DNA of 64,000 nucleotides. Origin: an uncultured Verrucomicrobiae bacterium. GTDB lineage: Bacteria > Verrucomicrobiota > Verrucomicrobiia > Chthoniobacterales > JAATET01. The stretch's first letter is position 1. Each line of letters opens with the position of its first letter. The DNA lies in the NCBI GenBank assembly GCA_963719495.1, contig CAVRCI010000002.1:736001-800000 (forward strand), given 5' to 3'. The notes below the pieces were generated by a model, which was given only the letters and a program-made list of their open reading frames with translations, did not search any database and was not told the DNA's origin. This document shows, piece after piece, positions 30,413-41,842 of the stretch. The position numbers and the translations under genes are program-made.

Positions 30413-33140
30413 CAGAGGGTGTCGAGGTCGACGAGGATTTCGCGGTCTTTGGCGCCGTCCTTGGGGCCGACGATGCCGCGGGATTCGAGGATGTCGACGA
30501 CGCGGGCGGCCCGGGTGTAGCCGAGGCGCAGGCGGCGTTGCAACATCGAGGTGGAGCATTTGCCCTCCTGCTTGATGATGTCGAGGCACTTGTCGACGAG
30601 TTCTTCGTCGGCTTCGCTGATTTCTTCTTCGGGCGGGGCGTTGCTGGTGAGTTTGTCGTGGATGCTGGGCTCGAAGTGGGGTTTCGACTGGTTGGAAACG
30701 AAGTCGACGATGCGGGCGATCTCGTCGTCGGTAACGAGGACGCCCTGGGTGCGGACGAGCTTGGCCGTGCCGGGGGGGAGGTAGAGCATGTCGCCCTGGC
30801 CGATGAGGCGCTCGGCTCCGTTCTCGTCGAGGATGACGCGGGAATCGATCTTGGAGGCGACCTGGAAGGCGATGCGGGAGGGGATGTTCGCTTTGATGAT
30901 GCCGGTGACGACGTCGGCGCGGGGCGTCTGGGTGGCGACGACGAGGTGGATGCCGGAGGCGCGGGCTTTCTGGGCGATGCGGGCGATGCTGGATTCGACG
31001 TCGGCGGGGGCCGTCTGCATGAGGTCGGCGAGTTCGTCGATGATGACCACGATGTAAGGCATCTGCTCGGGGATGATGATCTCGTCGACGTCGCGGGGGA
31101 CGGCGATCTTGTTGCGGGACGTGGTGGTCCAGTCGTCTTCCTCGTTCTCGGGGATCTGGTCCTCGAGCTCGGCGGCGGCGGCGAGGGCTTCGATGGGGTC
31201 GAGCTTTGGCTGGGCGGCATTTGGGGTGGGGGGGGGCGCCTTGGGTGAGGAAAACGGCTCGGCGGGAGCCTCGCCCTCCGGGTTTGGAGCGCCCTGCGGG
31301 CTTGGTGCGCCCGGCGGGCTCGAGTCTTCCCAGGGCGGGGTGTCTTTTTTGCTTTCGGCTTCGTCGAGTTCGGCTTGGGTTTTTGGTTTGGGTCGGTCGT
31401 TGAAGGTGGCGATGTTGCGGACGTTCGTTTTGGCGAAGATGCGGTAGCGGTTTTCCATTTCGTCGACGACCCAGCGGAGGGCCATGAGGACCTTCTTGGG
31501 GTCGGTGACGACGGGGGTGACGAGGTGGGGGAGGGTGTTGTAGATCTGCATCTCGACGACCTTGGGGTCGATCATGATGAAGCGGAGCTCTTCGGGGGTG
31601 AAGCGGAAGAGGAGGCTGGCGATGATGGAGTTGATGCAGACGGATTTGCCGGAGCCGGTGGTGCCGGCGACGAGGCAGTGGGGCATGGCGGCGAGGTCGC
31701 CGATGATGGCGTTGCCGTAGACGTCCTTGCCGAGGGTGAGGGGGAGGCGGGCTTTGGAGTCGGTCCAGGCCTCGGACTCGAAGAGCTCGCGGACGGTGAT
31801 TTTCACCTTCTTCGCGTTGGCGATTTCGATGCCGACGGTGTCCTTGCCGGGGATGGGGGCGATGATGTTGATGCGCTCGGCGCGGGTGGCGCGGGCGATG
31901 TCGCGTTCGAGGGTGACGATGCGGTCGACGCGGACGCCTTTGGCGGGGTAGATCTCGTAGCGGGTGATGGTGGGGCCCTTGGTGATGTCGCCGGGCGAGG
32001 TGGTGATGCCGAACTGGGCGAGGGTGTCGATGATGATGTCCTGGACGGCTTTGAGCTCGGTCGGGTCGACGGCGACGCGGCCGTCGTCGTCGGGCGGGTC
32101 GAGGAGGTCGAGGTGGGGGAGTTCGTAGTTGTCGAGGTGGACTTCCTGGAGGCCGCCGAGGGCGTCGGGGGCTTTGCGGCGCGGAGGGGCGGGGGGAGCT
32201 TCTTGGTGCCGGGTTTTGGGACCGAGGTGTCGATGATCTTGGGCTCGGGGAGCGGGGGGTCGTCGGAGGCGACGGGGGTGGCGGAGACGGATTCTGGTTC
32301 GTCGGAGGGGTCGGGGTCGGTTTTTGTCGCTCGCTTGGGGCGGAGGCGTTTCTCGATTTTTTCGGCCTGGCGGTCGATTTCGCGCTGGTTGGCTGCGAAG
32401 AGCTCTTCCTCGGTGAGGCGTTCGCGCTGGCGCTCGCGGCGGTCGGCGAGGCGCCCGCTCGCGGCGGCGGCGCAGAGTTTGACGAATTTGAAGGGGTGAA
32501 AGCCGGTGAGGAGGATGAGGCTGGCGAGGTAGAGAACGATCAGGACGATGGCGGAGCCACCGGATCCGAGGGCGTTGGTGAAGGCTTTGCCACCGACGTA
32601 GTATCCGGTCCAGCCGCCGGGGCTCTGGATGCGGAAGGTGTCGCCCCAGCTTTGCAGGAAGAAGGGCTGGATGTGGAGGAGGCTGGCTCCGCAGATGAGG
32701 AAGAGAAAGGCCCAGCCGAGGCGACCTTTGAGGCTGAAGCGGGGGAAGAAAAGCTTGGCGATGCCGAAACCGAGGAGGAGGACGGCGAGCAGGTAGGAGG
32801 CGGCTCCGAAGAGGAAGTAGAGGAACCCGGCACCGAGGACGCCGAGGATGCCGACGTAGTTGCTGATCTCCTCGTTGGGCGGGCTGACCCAACTGAAGAA
32901 GACCCAGGAAGGGACGTCGGCCGGGACGTAGGAGATGAGGGCGAGGAGCAGCAGGACGCCGACGCCGACGAGGACCACGCCGAGGGCTTCGTTTACGGCG
33001 GTGTTGCCGGTGCGGGCCGGTCGGGAGCCTCGTTCGGTGGTGGCGGGAGCCGAAGGGGCGGCCTTGGTCTTTCGACTGCGTTTGGGAGTGGATTCGGTCG
33101 TGGCGGCGACGCGGCGGCGGGTGCGTTTGGGCGTGCTCAC
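30412..33140 (-). CDS. ftsK: DNA translocase FtsK with one frameshift near 32170
   Basis: N-terminal TM domain (ORF 31803-33140); motor domain HCLVAGTTGSGKS, IIDELADLM and gamma domain LQRRLRLGYTRAAR (ORF 30412-32892). Confidence 0.92.
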
Positions 33141-34069
33141 TGAGTGGATGGGGTGGATGCTTCGAGTCCGTGGAGGCGAACGGGCTGGTTCTTACCCTTG
33201 AGGCGGTGTTCTCCGAGATCGTGGGTGGGGTGTTCGACGGGGCCGAGGGCGGCGAGGAAATCGCCGGACATGACGAGGCGCTGGTCGAGGAGTTTCATGG
33301 TGGTTTCGATCCGAAATGCCGTGTTGACGGCGTCGCCGATGATGGTCGCATCGCGCTGGGCGACAAGCCCGATGTTGCCGCAGGTGACGGTGCCGTGGTG
33401 GAGGGCGACGGCGATGCGGAAGGCGGGATTGGCGGGGCCGGGCCAGCGGCGGGTGGCGGCTTCGCGCAGGAGGCTCTCGCCGACGCGGAGGGCGGCGCGG
33501 GCTTCGGCACCGGGTTCGTCGGTCTTGGTCCAGTAGGCGAGAATGGCGTCGCCGATGAACTTGTCGATGGTGCCGCCGCTGCGTTGCACGAGATTGCCGG
33601 CGGTGCGGAACCAGTCGCCGAGGGTGCGGGCGAGGTCCTCGTCGGAGATTTGTTCGGACATCGTGGAGAAGGCGCGGATGTCGCAGACCATGATGGCGAC
33701 GTCGGCGGCGGCTTCGAGGCCGTGCTCGGTGCCGGCGATGGTGCGGTCGGCTCCGGGCGCGGGGGTGGCGTCGTCGTTTTGATTGAAAAGGAGTTCGTTG
33801 TTGGTGATGCGGATGACGGAGCCGTCCCGGAGGGTGACGGGGGTGATGACGCGGCGGCCATCGACGTAGGTTCCGTTGCGGCTGCCAAGGTCCATGATTT
33901 GGTATTCGAACGCGTTGTGGCAGCGGATGATGGCGTGCTGGCGGGAGACGTGTGGGCTGAAGTCGAGGGCGACGGTGTTGTCGCGGCTGCGGCCGATGGT
34001 GGCGGTGTTGGCGATGGCGACTTCGAAGGAATCGCGGTCGGGTGGTTGGACTTTGAGCGTGGCTCGCAT
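33137..34069 (-). CDS. FHA-domain class III adenylate/guanylate cyclase
   Basis: IGRSRDN, VSRQHA, DLGSRNGT; CDIRAFS, IDKFIGDA, GDAVNTAFR, LKGK. Confidence 0.92.
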   Translation of the reverse strand: MRATLKVQPPDRDSFEVAIANTATIGRSRDNTVALDFSPHVSRQHAIIRCHNAFEYQIMDLGSRNGTYVDGRRVITPVTLRDGSVIRITNNELLFNQNDDATPAPGADRTIAGTEHGLEAAADVAIMVCDIRAFSTMSEQISDEDLARTLGDWFRTAGNLVQRSGGTIDKFIGDAILAYWTKTDEPGAEARAALRVGESLLREAATRRWPGPANPAFRIAVALHHGTVTCGNIGLVAQRDATIIGDAVNTAFRIETTMKLLDQRLVMSGDFLAALGPVEHPTHDLGEHRLKGKNQPVRLHGLEASTPSTQ

Positions 34070-34179
34070 GGAGACCGGGGAAGGTAGCCGGGGATTGGGG
34101 AAGTTTTAAGTGCGAAGTTCGGGCGATTTTGTGGGACGCGGCGCTTGCCGGGCGGGCTGGGACGGGTAATTTTGGCGCG

Positions 34180-34590
34180 ATGAAATCCGCCCTTCGCCTC
34201 GCTCTTCTCGCCACGTTGATTCTGCCCGCAACCGCGCTTCGGGCGCAGGACGCCACCGATCCGGATGCGATCGTGCAGGTCGAGGCGGACGACCGTGATG
34301 CGCTGATGGGGATGGAGGGGCAGATCGTGACGGTGACGGGGACTCTGACGGGGGTCGGGGCGACGCCGACGGGGAGTTTGACGTTTTTGAATTTCGCGAA
34401 GGTGCCAAATTCGTTCGTGGCGATCGTTTCGGAGCGTAATTTGGCGATGTTTCCCGATGGGTTCGACGATCTGAAGGGGAAGCGGATCGCGCTCACCGGG
34501 ACGGTCAAAATCTATCGTGACGAAACCCCGCAGATCGAGCTCGAGACGGCGGGTCAGATCGAAGTGGTTGAGGCCGTCAAACCGGAGTAG
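34180..34590 (+). CDS. Secreted hypothetical protein, possibly OB-fold
   Basis: Signal peptide; GQIVTVTG…TFLNF…GKRIALTGTVKIY..PQIEL. Confidence 0.7.
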   Translation: MKSALRLALLATLILPATALRAQDATDPDAIVQVEADDRDALMGMEGQIVTVTGTLTGVGATPTGSLTFLNFAKVPNSFVAIVSERNLAMFPDGFDDLKGKRIALTGTVKIYRDETPQIELETAGQIEVVEAVKPE

Positions 34591-34620
34591 ACGAGGGATT
34601 CGCTTCGGGGTGATGCGGCT

Positions 34621-34647
34621 TTCTGAACCAATGAACGGACTGACCCC
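34621..34647 (+). repeat. REP-like motif copy between convergent genes
   Basis: Identical to 16457-16483. Confidence 0.85.
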
Positions 34648-34656
34648 TCTGGGTGG

Positions 34657-35253
34657 TTAGGTTGTTTTGGGGTCGAACTGGCGGGCGGCGTATTTGGCGA
34701 GGACGTCGTATTCGACGTTAATGGGGTCGCCGGGGCGGAGGTCGCCGAGGTTGGTGTGGTCGCGCGTGTGGGGAATGATCCAGATGGTGAGGCGGTCGGC
34801 GGCGAGGTCGGCGATGGTGAGGCTCACGCCATTGAGGGCGATGGAGCCTTTGGGGATGACGTAGCGGGCGAAAGCGGCGGGGAGCTCGATGGTGAGGCCG
34901 AGATCCGGGCCGCGGGCGGTCACGTCGATCAGGGCGACGGTGGCGTCGACGTGACCTTGGACGAAATGCCCGCCGAGGCGCGCATTGGCGGCGAGGGCGC
35001 GTTCGAGGTTGAGGCGGGAGCCGGGTTCGAGTTTCCCGAGGTTGGTGCGGTCGAGGGTCTCGGCGAGGAGGTCGAAATCGATCGTTTCGGTGGTGGTCGC
35101 GACGGCGGTCAGGCAGCAGCCATTGGTCGCGAGGCTCTCGCCGAGGGTGAGCTGGGAAGCAAGGCCGGGGGCGCGGAGGCGGAAGCGGCGGCCACCCGGA
35201 GTATCGGTGAAGCTTTCCAGCGTGCCGATGGCTTCGACGAGTCCGGTGAACAT
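34657..35253 (-). CDS. ribE: Riboflavin synthase (alpha chain)
   Basis: MFTGLVE start, NGCCLT, LGGHFVQGHVD, NGVSLT. Confidence 0.96.
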   Translation of the reverse strand: MFTGLVEAIGTLESFTDTPGGRRFRLRAPGLASQLTLGESLATNGCCLTAVATTTETIDFDLLAETLDRTNLGKLEPGSRLNLERALAANARLGGHFVQGHVDATVALIDVTARGPDLGLTIELPAAFARYVIPKGSIALNGVSLTIADLAADRLTIWIIPHTRDHTNLGDLRPGDPINVEYDVLAKYAARQFDPKTT

Positions 35254-35380
35254 GCGGGCACGATACCTGACGTTCGCGCGGGGTGGATAGAGCTTTTCGC
35301 CAAGGAGCGGCTGGTGCATTGTTCCGCGACGAAACAATGGGAACGAGCCAAGCGCCGCCCTCCGAATCGAGTCCGCTCCC

Positions 35381-37126
35381 ATGAGTCAATTTCCCATCTC
35401 CAGTGCCGCGGAAAACTTGTCCGCTCTCGACGTTCTCATCGTGGAGGATGATCCGGTGACCCGGGCGCTGTTGGATCGGTTGATGAAAAAACGGGGGCAT
35501 CACACCGTTCCGTGCGAGACCGCGGAGGACGCCTTGGCCCGGTTGATGGAGCGTTTCTATCCGATCATTCTGCTCGACGTGCAGCTTCCGGGGATGAGCG
35601 GCCTCGAACTCTCGAAGCATCTGCGGTCGCAGCCGGACGGCGATCAGTATTACATCCTGGTCGGCACCGGAAACGACCGGCCGGAAGACTTGCGCGACAT
35701 TCTCGACGCGGGTGCGAGCGATTACGTGGCGAAGCCTTACGTTCCCGATTTTCTCAACGTTCGGCTGACGGTCGCCGAGAAGCAGGTGAAGGACATCGCC
35801 GCGCGGAAGCGGCTCGAGCGGGAGCTTAAATTTCTCGCCACGCGCGACCCGCTCACCAAGTTGCTCAATCGCAGCCAGCTCGAGCCGGCGCTCGAGGCGG
35901 CCGTTCGCGCCTCGCAGGAGGGGCGTCCCGGCGCGGTCCTCTACCTCGATCTCGACAACTTCAAGGTTGTGAACGACACGCTCGGCCACGAGGCGGGAGA
36001 TCGCCTGCTCACGACGCTTTCCGCGATTCTGAAAACGGCGACCCGACCGCAGGACGAGCTCGTTCGCTTCGGCGGCGACGAGTTTGTCGTGATTCTCACC
36101 GACGCTTCGGTCGACCACGCCATGGCCATCGCCGGGCGGCTGCGCGAGAAGGTCGAGGAATTTCGATTCATCGAGGGCGAGCGCACGTTCCGGGTCGGCG
36201 CGTCCATCGGCGTGGCCCCGATCAATCCGATGCTCACGCCCAGTGAGATCCTCGTGGCGGCGGACTCCGCCTGCTACACCGCCAAGGCTCACGGGCGCAA
36301 CCGCGTCGAGATTCACAACGAGAGCGACAGCGAGATCGCCCGGTTGATCGCCGATACGAATTGGGCGGCGCGCATCAGCGAAGCCATGACCGATGGAGCG
36401 CTCGAACTTTGGTTCCAGCCCGTCGTTTCGACGCGCGGCGGCGAGATGCTCTACCAGGAGGCGCTGCTGCGCTACATCGACCCGGCGCAGACGGTGATCG
36501 TGAGCCCGGGCGCTTTCCTGAACTCCGCCGCCCGCTCGGGGCAAAGCGCGAAACTCGACCGCTTCGTTGCCGAGAAAGCCGTGCGCAAGCTCGAGCAATA
36601 CCCGGATCTCATCCTCGGCGTGAACCTGTCGGCCCCATCGTTCAACGACCTCGAGCTTCTTGAATTCGTCGAGGAAGTGCTTTCCCACAGCTCGGTGACG
36701 CCGGATCGACTGCACTTCGAGATCACCGAGACCGAGATCATGTCGAACCTCGAGAAGGCGCGGGAGATTTTGGAAAAAATGTCGGCCATTGGGCTGAAGA
36801 TCGCGCTCGACGATTTCGGGGCCGGATTTTCGTCCCTGGCTTACCTGAAAAACCTGCCCGTTGATTTGCTCAAGATCGACTGTGCGTTCGTGCGGGATCT
36901 GCCGAACAACTCGTTCAATCAAGCCATCCTGCGGGCGATCCGCGAGGTGGCGAAGATCCGGAACATCAAGACCGTCGCCGAGTGCGTGGAGACCAGCGAG
37001 CAATACGAACTGCTGGCCGAGCTGGGGATCGATTACGCGCAGGGATTCTACATGGGGCGGCCGCGGGCGACGCCCTACGTTCACGAAGATTTGAACTCCG
37101 CTTTTCTGGCCAGTCTGAGCGCCTGA
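35381..37126 (+). CDS. Response regulator with GGDEF and EAL domains
   Basis: Receiver (LLDVQLPGMSG), RFGGDEF, QEALLR, DDFGAGFSSL. Confidence 0.95.
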   Translation: MSQFPISSAAENLSALDVLIVEDDPVTRALLDRLMKKRGHHTVPCETAEDALARLMERFYPIILLDVQLPGMSGLELSKHLRSQPDGDQYYILVGTGNDRPEDLRDILDAGASDYVAKPYVPDFLNVRLTVAEKQVKDIAARKRLERELKFLATRDPLTKLLNRSQLEPALEAAVRASQEGRPGAVLYLDLDNFKVVNDTLGHEAGDRLLTTLSAILKTATRPQDELVRFGGDEFVVILTDASVDHAMAIAGRLREKVEEFRFIEGERTFRVGASIGVAPINPMLTPSEILVAADSACYTAKAHGRNRVEIHNESDSEIARLIADTNWAARISEAMTDGALELWFQPVVSTRGGEMLYQEALLRYIDPAQTVIVSPGAFLNSAARSGQSAKLDRFVAEKAVRKLEQYPDLILGVNLSAPSFNDLELLEFVEEVLSHSSVTPDRLHFEITETEIMSNLEKAREILEKMSAIGLKIALDDFGAGFSSLAYLKNLPVDLLKIDCAFVRDLPNNSFNQAILRAIREVAKIRNIKTVAECVETSEQYELLAELGIDYAQGFYMGRPRATPYVHEDLNSAFLASLSA

Positions 37127-37160
37127 GCCGAGCGCTGGCGGCAGCCGAACGATCTGAAGA

Positions 37161-37236
<76 letters not shown>

Positions 37237-37470
37237 GGAAATCTGGCGGGACCGCGAAAATAAGATGGCTTGGGCCGCCGGAGCAAGCGGGAAGCGATGG
37301 AATGAATCGAGCGGGGGTGCGCGGCACCCGCTCTGGACGGATTTGGCCGGCGGCGGCGAAATCGTCCCGGCGAGAAGCGCGCGATCGCGTTGTCGTTGGG
37401 AAAGTGGCGCGGGCTCCCAGCTTGCTCGGATGGGATCTCGCAAGCTGGAGGCTTGCGCCACTTTGCGGGA

Positions 37471-38076
37471 TCAGTCGGTGCGGGCGCCGGAGAGGATGTC
37501 ATCGACGGCTCCCGGTCTCAGATCGGCGGACTTGACCGCCTCGGCGCTCATCGCGCCCGTCCGATAAGCTTCGGCGATGATGATCTCGGTCGTTCGGGCG
37601 CGGAGGTCGGGCTCGGCGATGGTGTCGGCCCATTCGCGAGCGCTTTGGTAATCGCCACCGGTCACCAAAAACTCCGCGACGGTCGCAATGGCGGGGCCGT
37701 AGTTTTCGCAGTCGGGTTGGGCGTCGAGCCACTCGGAGGCGGCGGCGGGGTCGGACGTGAGCCAGCGGCCGATGATCTGGTTGAGGACGACGAGTTCGGT
37801 CGGAGTGATGGATTCGGCCCGGAGGGTGTTGGCGAAGGCGGCGTAGGTTTGCGAGCGGGTGGAGATCGGGCCGAGCGACGTGGCTGAATTCGGCTCGGGA
37901 TTCGGCTCGGGGGTTGGCTCAACCGTGAAAGGAATGGCCGGGGTGGGTGGGTGGAAAGCTGTGACTGCGGGTGGTGCCGGGAGCGAATTTGTCCCCGGGC
38001 GGGCGGCGGCGAGGACGAAATTGAGGACGACGGAGGCGGCGAGGAGCGCCCACGGGAGGATCGTGCGAGCGGTCAC
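37471..38076 (-). CDS. Hypothetical protein with N-terminal TM/signal and helical repeats
   Basis: 201-aa ORF; WLTSDPAAASEWL repeat-like motif. Confidence 0.65.
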   Translation of the reverse strand: MTARTILPWALLAASVVLNFVLAAARPGTNSLPAPPAVTAFHPPTPAIPFTVEPTPEPNPEPNSATSLGPISTRSQTYAAFANTLRAESITPTELVVLNQIIGRWLTSDPAAASEWLDAQPDCENYGPAIATVAEFLVTGGDYQSAREWADTIAEPDLRARTTEIIIAEAYRTGAMSAEAVKSADLRPGAVDDILSGARTD

Positions 38077-38612
38077 GGGGCGGGTGCGGGGACGAGGTTG
38101 GGTGCGGAATCCGCGGTCTCGTCGGATTCGAGGCCATCGAAGCGGAGGAGCCGGGCGCTGTTGAAGATGACGAAGAAGGCGCTGAACTCGTGGACGAACG
38201 CGGCGAGGATCGGGGTGATGAGGCCGAGGGAGGAGGCCGTGATGGCGAGGATGATGAAGACGAAGCCGCAGAGGAGGTTCTGGTTGATCACGCCCACGGT
38301 GCGATGGGAGAGCTCGAGCAGGTCGGCCAGGCGGCGGAGGTCGTTGTTCATGAGCGCGACGTCGGCGGTGTGGATCGCGACTTCGTTGCCGAGCGCGCCC
38401 ATGGCGACGCCGAGGTGGCCGCTGGCGAGGGCGGGGGCGTCGTTGAGGCCGTCGCCGACGACCATGACGTGCGCGCCCTCCGTCTTGAGCGCTTCGATGC
38501 GGGTGCGTTTGTCCTCGGGCAGGCAGTCGGCCTGGAAGTCGGTGAGGCCGAGGCGGGCGGCGATGGCCGCGGCGACGGGTTGGCGGTCGCCGGTGAGGAG
38601 GACGAAGCGGCC
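38073..38612 (-). pseudogene. C-terminal fragment of a heavy-metal P1B-type ATPase
   Basis: VLLTGDR…CLPEDK…VGDGLNDAPALA…IFNSARLL; all upstream domains missing. Confidence 0.85.
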
Positions 38613-38980
38613 GCGATCACGCCGGACGCTTCCCAGATCCCAGCCGGAGAAGGGGCGCTGCCGTCGCGGCTGTTGACGTAGCTGAAGTTGAAGTCGGCTT
38701 GATACTTCGCGGCGAGGTTGGCGTTGCGGTCGAGTGACCAGACGCCGCCGTTGCGGAAGTATTTCGCGTAGACCGCGGTGGCGGGGCTGTTGGTGTTTTC
38801 ACAGATGACGATGAAGTCCTTGGTGACCGCAAGGTTGTCGATGGAGACGGGGTAGTCGGTGCCGTTGTTGGTGTTGCCACCCGTGTAGGTGGGGATCACC
38901 TGCGCGCCGCCGTTGGCGGTGTAGAACGGGCCGGTGTAGGCCCCGACGATCGTCCCGCCGGGTGTGACGATCTGGCCCGC
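38613..38980 (-). pseudogene. Internal fragment of a PhoX-like / beta-propeller protein
   Basis: IDNLAVTKDFIVICEN…GIWEASGVI, joined out of frame to the ATPase fragment. Confidence 0.5.
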
Positions 38981-39154
38981 ATTGTTTTTGTGACGAAATC
39001 GTCGTTGATTTGGTGCCGTCGGTGCGGCTGGGAGCGGGACGGTTCCCCCAAAAACGTGGGGAGGAAGAACTCAAGAGTCAGCGATCCTTCACTCCGTTCA
39101 AGCTGACAGGATTGGGGGGACGGGGAGCGCTGCGCTCTCCGGTCCGCCCAGCAC

Positions 39155-40171
39155 TCAGTAGCTGTGACTCGTGAGCGTCACTTTCCCGCGGAAGATGTAG
39201 TAGATGCTCGCGGTGTAGGCCAGGACGATGGGGATGCCCAAGCAGGCGATGATGAGCATCGTCATCAGGGTGCCCTGGCTGGAAGCGGCGTTGATCACGG
39301 TGAGGGAATTTTCCGGCAGCGGATTCGAGTAGACCATGTTCGGGTAGTAGCTCAGTCCGAAGGTGGCCATCATGAGGGCCATTCCGGCGCACGACGACAG
39401 GAAGGCATTGAACTCGCGCCCATTGTGGATCTCGCGGGGGACGTTGAGCACCACGAGGATGCCCAGCGCCGCCACGGCGAAGATGTAGGACCGCTCGCGA
39501 ACGAGGCCGATGATGCGCTCGACTTCGATGAAGGTGAAAATATTGAAAATGAAGTAGGCGGCGATGAAGAGGCCGATGAGCTTGGGAATCCAGCTGCGGA
39601 CGATGGCCTGGAGTTCGCCCTCGGTCTTCATCGCCACGTAGATCGCCCCGTGCATGGCAAAGAGGAGGACGGTGGTGACGCCCATCCAGAGGGCGTAGGG
39701 GTTGAGCAGACTCAGGAGGGTGCCGGCGAACTCGTGGTCGGCGTCGAGCGGGATGCCTTGCACGATATTTCCCATCGCGACCCCGATTAAAAAGGCCGAC
39801 ATCACGCTGCCGCCAGCGAAGGCGACGTCCCACATTTGCCGCCACCAGCCCCACGATTCTTTACTGCGGAACTCGATCGCGACGGCGCGAAAGATCAGGG
39901 ACACGAGCAGCAGCATGAACGGGAGGTAGAAGCCGGAAAACACCGTCGCATAGGCCTCGGGGAAGGCGGCGAAGAGCGCGCCGCCGCCCGTCACCAACCA
40001 CACCTCGTTGCCGTCCCAGACGGGACCGATGGAGTTGAGCATCAGGCGGCGATGCTCGTCCTTCTTGACGAAGAGATGCAGCGCGCCGACGCCGAGGTCG
40101 AAGCCGTCGAGGATGGCGTAGCCGGTGAACAGGACTCCGACGAGAATGAACCAGATGAGGTTGAGATCCAT
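39155..40171 (-). CDS. cydB: Cytochrome bd oxidase subunit II
   Basis: LDGFDLGVG, GPVWDGNEVWL. Confidence 0.97.
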   Translation of the reverse strand: MDLNLIWFILVGVLFTGYAILDGFDLGVGALHLFVKKDEHRRLMLNSIGPVWDGNEVWLVTGGGALFAAFPEAYATVFSGFYLPFMLLLVSLIFRAVAIEFRSKESWGWWRQMWDVAFAGGSVMSAFLIGVAMGNIVQGIPLDADHEFAGTLLSLLNPYALWMGVTTVLLFAMHGAIYVAMKTEGELQAIVRSWIPKLIGLFIAAYFIFNIFTFIEVERIIGLVRERSYIFAVAALGILVVLNVPREIHNGREFNAFLSSCAGMALMMATFGLSYYPNMVYSNPLPENSLTVINAASSQGTLMTMLIIACLGIPIVLAYTASIYYIFRGKVTLTSHSY

Positions 40172-40196
40172 TGGTTTCTAGATTGCCAGGGTGGGC

Positions 40197-41717
40197 TTAG
40201 GTCCGGGGCAGCTTGTCGTCCGCCCGGAGGATGGCTTTCCAACTTTCGGGTAGTTCTTCGCTTTGTTCGCCTTCGTCGGGACCGTGCTGAATCTTGCGGC
40301 TCAGCAGGTAGATGAACAAGACGAAGAGGAGAAGGTAGACGAAAGCGAACATGATGAGCGAGGCGAGGACCTCGTTGGCCGTCACGACTTTCGAGAGGGC
40401 CTGAGACGTCTTGAGAAGCTCGTAGACGATCCAGGGTTGGCGACCAAGTTCGGCGGTGAACCAGCCGGCTTGGTTGGCGATCTGCGGCCCGATCACGGAA
40501 AGGACCAACGACCACAGCAGGAGACGCGTCGGCAACCAGTCCGTCTGAAAAAGCCAGCCGCGCCACCAGAAGAAGCAGGCCACGACGACGAGTCCGGCGA
40601 GAGCGGTGCCGATGGCGATCATGAGGTGATAAGCCTGGAAGACCGCGTTGACCTTTGGCCAATAAGACGGGCGGATCTCGGCGAGTTCTTCCTTCGTGGC
40701 GTCCGGGTAACGTTTGAGAAGGAATTCGTCCGGTGGGAGGTCGTTCAGACCAGTGACGGGCTGCTTGAAATTGTCGAAAGCGAGAAAGCTCAGAAGCCCG
40801 GGAATCCCCGGACCGGAGGTCGTGCGGTTCTTCGTATCAACCCAACCGAAGAGGGTCATCGGCGTGTAATCGGCGGTTTCGAAGACGCCTTCCATGGCGG
40901 CCAGCTTCACGGGTTGATTCACGACGACGCTCTTGGCTCCGACGCTTCCGCTGACGATCTGAAGGAGCGTTGCGACGGTCGCAAACGCGAGGCCGACTTT
41001 GATCGAGGCGCGGGAGAAATCCTTGTGACGGCCACGCAGGATGAAGAAGGCGCTGATGCTGACGACGAGAAAGGCACCGGCCATCCAAGCTCCGAGGACG
41101 ACATGCGTCAGCCGCTCGACGGAGGAGGGATTGAAGACCATCGCCCAGAAATCGGTGACGACGGCGCGGACCGAGCCCAGGTCGTCGGCGGTGACGACGT
41201 GGCCGGCGGGCAGGATGTTGGGCACTCCGTCGATCATCGTTTCGAGGTGGAAACCGGCGGGCGTCTGCATCCACGAGTTGGCGACCACGATCCAGACGGC
41301 GCTGAAGTGGGCTCCGGCGCACACCATGCAGGTGGCGAAGAAGTGGAGGCGCGGGCCGACCTTGTCCCAGCCGAAGAGCAGAAGGGCGAGGAAGCCGGAC
41401 TCGAGGAAGAAGGCGAAGATGCCCTCGGCGGCGAGGGCGCTGCCGAAGATGTCGCCGACGAAGCGCGAGTAGGTCGCCCAGTTTGTGCCGAATTCAAATT
41501 CCATCACGATGCCCGTCGCGACCCCGATGGCGAACGTGAGCGCGAAGACCCGCGTCCAGAAGCGCGCCATGTTGTGGAAGAGCGGGTTGCCGGTTTTCAG
41601 CCAGATTCCCTCCATGATCACGAGCGAAACCCCTAGGCCGATGGACAACGGCGGGTAGATGTAATGGAACATGATCGTGAATGCGAACTGCACCCGCGCG
41701 AGGATTTCGACGTCCAT
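40197..41717 (-). CDS. cydA: Cytochrome bd oxidase subunit I
   Basis: ARVQFAFTIMFHY, EFGTNW, QPVKLAAMEG, ELGRQPW. Confidence 0.97.
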   Translation of the reverse strand: MDVEILARVQFAFTIMFHYIYPPLSIGLGVSLVIMEGIWLKTGNPLFHNMARFWTRVFALTFAIGVATGIVMEFEFGTNWATYSRFVGDIFGSALAAEGIFAFFLESGFLALLLFGWDKVGPRLHFFATCMVCAGAHFSAVWIVVANSWMQTPAGFHLETMIDGVPNILPAGHVVTADDLGSVRAVVTDFWAMVFNPSSVERLTHVVLGAWMAGAFLVVSISAFFILRGRHKDFSRASIKVGLAFATVATLLQIVSGSVGAKSVVVNQPVKLAAMEGVFETADYTPMTLFGWVDTKNRTTSGPGIPGLLSFLAFDNFKQPVTGLNDLPPDEFLLKRYPDATKEELAEIRPSYWPKVNAVFQAYHLMIAIGTALAGLVVVACFFWWRGWLFQTDWLPTRLLLWSLVLSVIGPQIANQAGWFTAELGRQPWIVYELLKTSQALSKVVTANEVLASLIMFAFVYLLLFVLFIYLLSRKIQHGPDEGEQSEELPESWKAILRADDKLPRT

Positions 41718-41842
41718 GTCGGGAAGGTAGCGGGGTTTCCGTCGGCGGAGCCATAAGTTTCTCCCAGCGCGGCCCGGAAACGTAAAGACGCCCGTAATTT
41801 TGGTCCCAACCGAGTCGGATGAGCGCGACGATCCGGGGGAAA

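Noticed and set aside
32160..32200. ftsK frameshift as programmed or phase-variable
   Set aside because: It lies in short G/C homopolymers in an essential gene, so a sequencing indel is more likely; needs a read check
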